Below the pieces are notes generated by a model, which saw nothing but the letters and a program-made list of their open reading frames with translations, searched no databases and had not been told where the DNA came from. From contig OX597820.1 in the NCBI GenBank assembly GCA_951406725.2, forward strand, positions 16,616,001-16,680,000: 64,000 bases of DNA, in the 5' to 3' direction. The translations under genes and the position numbers were made by a program. Positions 60,067 to 64,000 of the stretch are shown piece by piece; within the stretch, counting starts at the first letter, position 1; every line of letters begins with the position of its first letter. Source of the DNA: Octopus vulgaris (lineage: Eukaryota).

Positions 60067-62220
60067 GGTATCAATCCAGGGTGCCGGATTAGCAGAACTG
60101 TGAGTCCGTCATCCCATTTATATGAATAGGGCTTTTCCATGTCTTGTGAGTTACTTGGCAACCCCACTAGTGTCGGTGGCATGGAAAAGGCATCCAATGT
60201 ACTCTGTTAATTAGTTGGCTTTGGGAAGAGCATCCAGCTGTGGAAAACATGCCATGGCTGATATTGGAACTTGATGCAGCCCTGCAGTTCACTGACTCCT
60301 ATCAAACTGTCCAACCCATGCCAGCACGGAAAATGGATGTGAAAAAAAAATGATGACGAAAATGATAAAAATATCATAAATGTAACGTTTCTCAAATGGA
60401 AAATCCCAAAACAACGGTTTTTGCTTCAGATTCTGGGAAATCCCTTAGCGTTTGTCAGTTGCTCACCGTCTGTGAAGCTTAAGTAAGATCTTGATTGGAA
60501 TACAGCTCACATAGCTGGGTTGCTACTGCTTTCTCTCTCTCTCTCGCTCCCCACCCATCCTGACATTTTTGGCAATCATTAACGTCCATGTCCTCTTGTC
60601 CAACGTACAATGTTCTCAGATCGTGTGTAGCTGCTGCAGTTACACATACAAAATACTATTCAGCAGATTGGCCCTGACTCAATTCCTGATATCAGGCTAT
60701 GGTTGGCTCATATGCATGTTCCATTTATTTACTACAGCTACTGCTGCTGCCCCTCCATCTCTGTATAAGCAAGCCTTATATCACCCCCCCTCCACCCATT
60801 GCAGTCCAGCTTTCTGCTACTTCAACCTCCTGTGCAACACTCAAGATTCCAACAAGCAATTTAGACCCAATCATTCCCCCACCGGATTCCCTTACCTGTC
60901 TTTTTTGAACAGGAAACAATGTGCAGAACATTAAAGCTGAACATAGATTAATCACATTGATCTGATCTAATGTTTTCTGATCTGACAGGGTCAGCTGCAG
61001 AACACTGGGTCCCTTTTATAGATCCCTTTTCCTGGTACCCTTGGTCACTCTACCAGGTACTCAATGTCTTGTAAACCACTATCTTTTATTTCCTCAGTAC
61101 TAGTGAAGGTGCATGAGGTAGTGAATTCGATTCCTGGATTGAGCTGTGTGTTGTGTTCTTGAGCAAGACACTTTGTTTCACATTGCTCCAGTTCACTCAG
61201 CTGTAGAAATGAGTTGCTACGTCACAGGTGCCAAGCAGTATCGGCATTTGCCTTTCCCTTGGATAAAATTGGTGGCATGAAAAGGGGAGGCTGGTATGCA
61301 TGAGTGACTTGCTTGGACTTGTGCCTCGTAGGGGAACTTTCTAGGTGCAATCCCATTGTCATTCATGCCGGAAGGTGGGGGTCTTTACTCTTTATAATGA
61401 AGGCACATGGCTCAATGGTTAGAGCATCAGGTTCACAATCAGGCAGTAGTGTGTTCAGTTCCCAGACCAGGCTGTGTGTTGTGTTCTTGAGCAAGACACT
61501 TTATTTCACGTTGCTCCAGTTCACTCAACTGTAGAAAGGAGTTGTGACATCATTGATGCCAAGCTGTATTGGCCTTTGCCTTTCCCTTGGATAACATCAG
61601 TGGCTTTGAGAGGGGAGGCTGTTATGCATGGATGACTGCTGGTCTTCTATAGACAACCTGCCCAGGATGTGTGCCTCGGAGGGTAACTTTCTCGGTGCAA
61701 TCCCATGGTCATTCATGACCGAAGGGGGTCTTTACCCATTACAAGTGATTCTGAGGTGAAGCACTAACTTCATGGGCCTGCTAAAATATTTTCTACCCTT
61801 TAGCATGGCTGTGTAGTTAAAAGCAGCTCACTTTGCAACGATGCAGTTTCAGGTTCCGTCCCATTCTGTGGCACCTTGGGCAAGTGTCTTCTATTATGGT
61901 ACTGGGCCGACCAATGCCTTGTGAGTGAATTTGGTAACTGCAAACTGTGGGGAAACCTATTGTATATGTATGTGTGTCTTTCTGTATGCCCCTGTCCCAC
62001 TGCTTGACAACCGGTGTTGGTTTGTTTATGTCCCCATAGCTTAGTGGTTTTAGCATTAAAGACTGATAGATACCAGACTTGAAAAAATAATAAGTACTGG
62101 GGTTGATTTGTTTGACCGCAACCCTTCAAGTTGGTGCCCCAACGTAGCTGCAGTCCAATGAATGAAGCAAATTAAAGATAAAGGATTAACTGTTTTGCCT
62201 GTCTACCTAAGTCTCCCTCC

Positions 62221-62272
<52 letters not shown>

Positions 62273-62841
62273 CTGTTCCTGAAAGTATGTATTTTGTTCT
62301 CCTAAAGTAGAAAGGAAAGGAAAATTACTTTAGAATTAGTGGGTCATTTTCAGTCATACTGTAGAGAGGGACAGGGGGGGGGAGAAGAGAGAGAGAGAGA
62401 GAGAGAGGTGAGAGAAAAATATGTGTGTGTATAATAATAATAATAATAATAATAATTATAGTAAATGTGAAATTCTGTCCATCCATCCGGGACCCTTGTA
62501 TTTCAGTCTACATTTACTCTATATAGACATATTATACCTTTTTGGAACCAAGACAATCCCAAGATTGAAAATCTGCCCTTCATTTGGTTCTTGAACATCC
62601 AGCATTGGGATCAGGTCTGGACGAGAATTTGTCATATGCCAACAGTTGGAAATTCAAATTTTAAAAGAACTCCCAAAATTTGTGAATTTACAAGTTTTAC
62701 ATTTAAACTGAATTTAAAGTAATACCATATTGGTAGGGTACCAATGAATACTTTCTTATTAACTGCTCACCCTAGTTTTGGGCTGCAGGACCAATTAGCC
62801 CACTGCAGGAGCTAGCAGGAGTGCGGCTTCGTTAGCTAGTA

Positions 62842-62885
<44 letters not shown>

Positions 62886-62887
<2 letters not shown>

Positions 62888-63292
62888 CACAGGAGTGGCT
62901 GTGTCGTAAGTAGCTTGCTAACCAACCACATGGTTCCGGGTTCAGTCCCACTGCGTGGTATCTTGGGCAAGTGTCTTCTGCTATAACCCCAGGCTGACCA
63001 ATGCCTTGTGAGTGGATCTGGTAGACGGAAACTGAAAGAAGCCTGTCGTATATATGTATATACATATGCGTGTGTGTGTTTGTGTGTCTGTGTTTGTCCC
63101 CCTAGCATTGCTTGACAACCGATGCTGGTGTGCTTATGTCCCCGTCACTTAGTGGTTCGGCAAAAGAGACCGAAAGAATAAGTACTGGGCTTACAAAGAA
63201 TAAGTCCCGGAGTCGATTTGCTTGACTAAAGGCGGTGCTCCAGCATGGCCGCAGTCAAATGACTGAAACAAGTAAAAGAGTAAAGAAAGAGT
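62886..63292 (+). mobile_element. SINE family A, full length, inserted in (TA)n
   Basis: Near-identical to the 23227 copy. Confidence 0.9.
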
Positions 63293-63310
63293 ATATATAT
63301 GTTACATATA

Positions 63311-64000
63311 TTGGGCCATCCCATAAATAATGTGGGTTTTTTTATACTTCTTTTATTTTTCAAAATTAAGATAAACAGAGTTCTTTTCTAATCTAAAATA
63401 CACTCTCCTTCATTTTCTACAATGCTCTTCCATCTATCCGATAGACTTGCAAGGCCCCTCTTTCAAAATTCACTTGTCCGTGACAAAAAATACTCCTCCA
63501 GTACTGTTCTGACCTTGTCTACAGAATTCATATTTTTTCCATCGAAATGATTTTGAAAACTGTGGAATAAATGATAATCAGGTGGGGCAATGTCCGGCGA
63601 TTTTGATGGGTGGGGTATCTTTTCTCATTCAAACTGTTCCAGCCTTTGGAATGTCATCCTTGCTGTATGTGGCTGAGCATTATCCTAATGGAAGAACACC
63701 CTCCATCTTGAGACCAAAAATGGTTGTTTTTCTTTTAGCACTGACTGAAGCCGCTCAAGCTGCTTGCAGCAGATCTCCTTTGTTATCGTTTGGTTTGGCT
63801 TTAAAAGTTCAAAGTGAACTAAACCTTTCATATCCCACTAAACAGATAACTACACCTACCATGGGTGAAGGCCTTCTTTAGCCTGGGGTGCCAGTGTGTC
63901 TCTATTCCCTACCTACTGTTTTGACATTTTTAGTGAGAACCCATTTCTCGTCACCAGTCACTATTCGGTCCAAAAATGGTTCATTCATGAGACGTGAAGG
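63311..64000 (-). pseudogene. Decayed mariner (DD34D) transposase and right terminus, running off the window
   Basis: Minus strand translates FLDRIVTGDEKW, FH*DNAQPH, PHPSKSPDIAPPDYHLF and DRWKSIVENEG; internal stops; stop at 63388-63390; TA-TTGGG end. Confidence 0.9.

Overview
AT-rich, repeat-dense animal DNA. The SINE, LINE and microsatellite content looks like an Octopus/coleoid cephalopod genome (inference from repeat style, not a database result). The window is mostly intronic sequence of one + strand gene. Its small exons are at 5119-5208, 20453-20527, 25975-26074 and 38089-38136, with a probable 12-nt microexon at 52780-52791. They encode an M/Q/P-rich segment with a PPAKR NLS-like motif; the gene is unidentified. 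Nearly all listed ORFs are spurious products of repeats. The introns hold three tRNA-derived SINE families, RTE and CR1-like LINE 3' ends, piggyBac/Tc1-mariner/pogo/hAT MITEs, non-autonomous Helitrons and a decayed mariner. The main result is a set of hammerhead-ribozyme (HHR) elements. At 8265-9000 a 457-nt tandem unit carries two intact type I HHRs on the minus strand (retrozyme-like, predicted to release a circularisable 457-nt RNA). Next to it, at 9104-9581, is a ~480-bp palindrome of two back-to-back tRNA-headed units that each end in a minimal HHR. Further Penelope-type minimal HHRs lie at ~22.1 kb and ~45.0 kb. Repeat boundaries were read by eye and are approximate unless a TSD or TIR is quoted.
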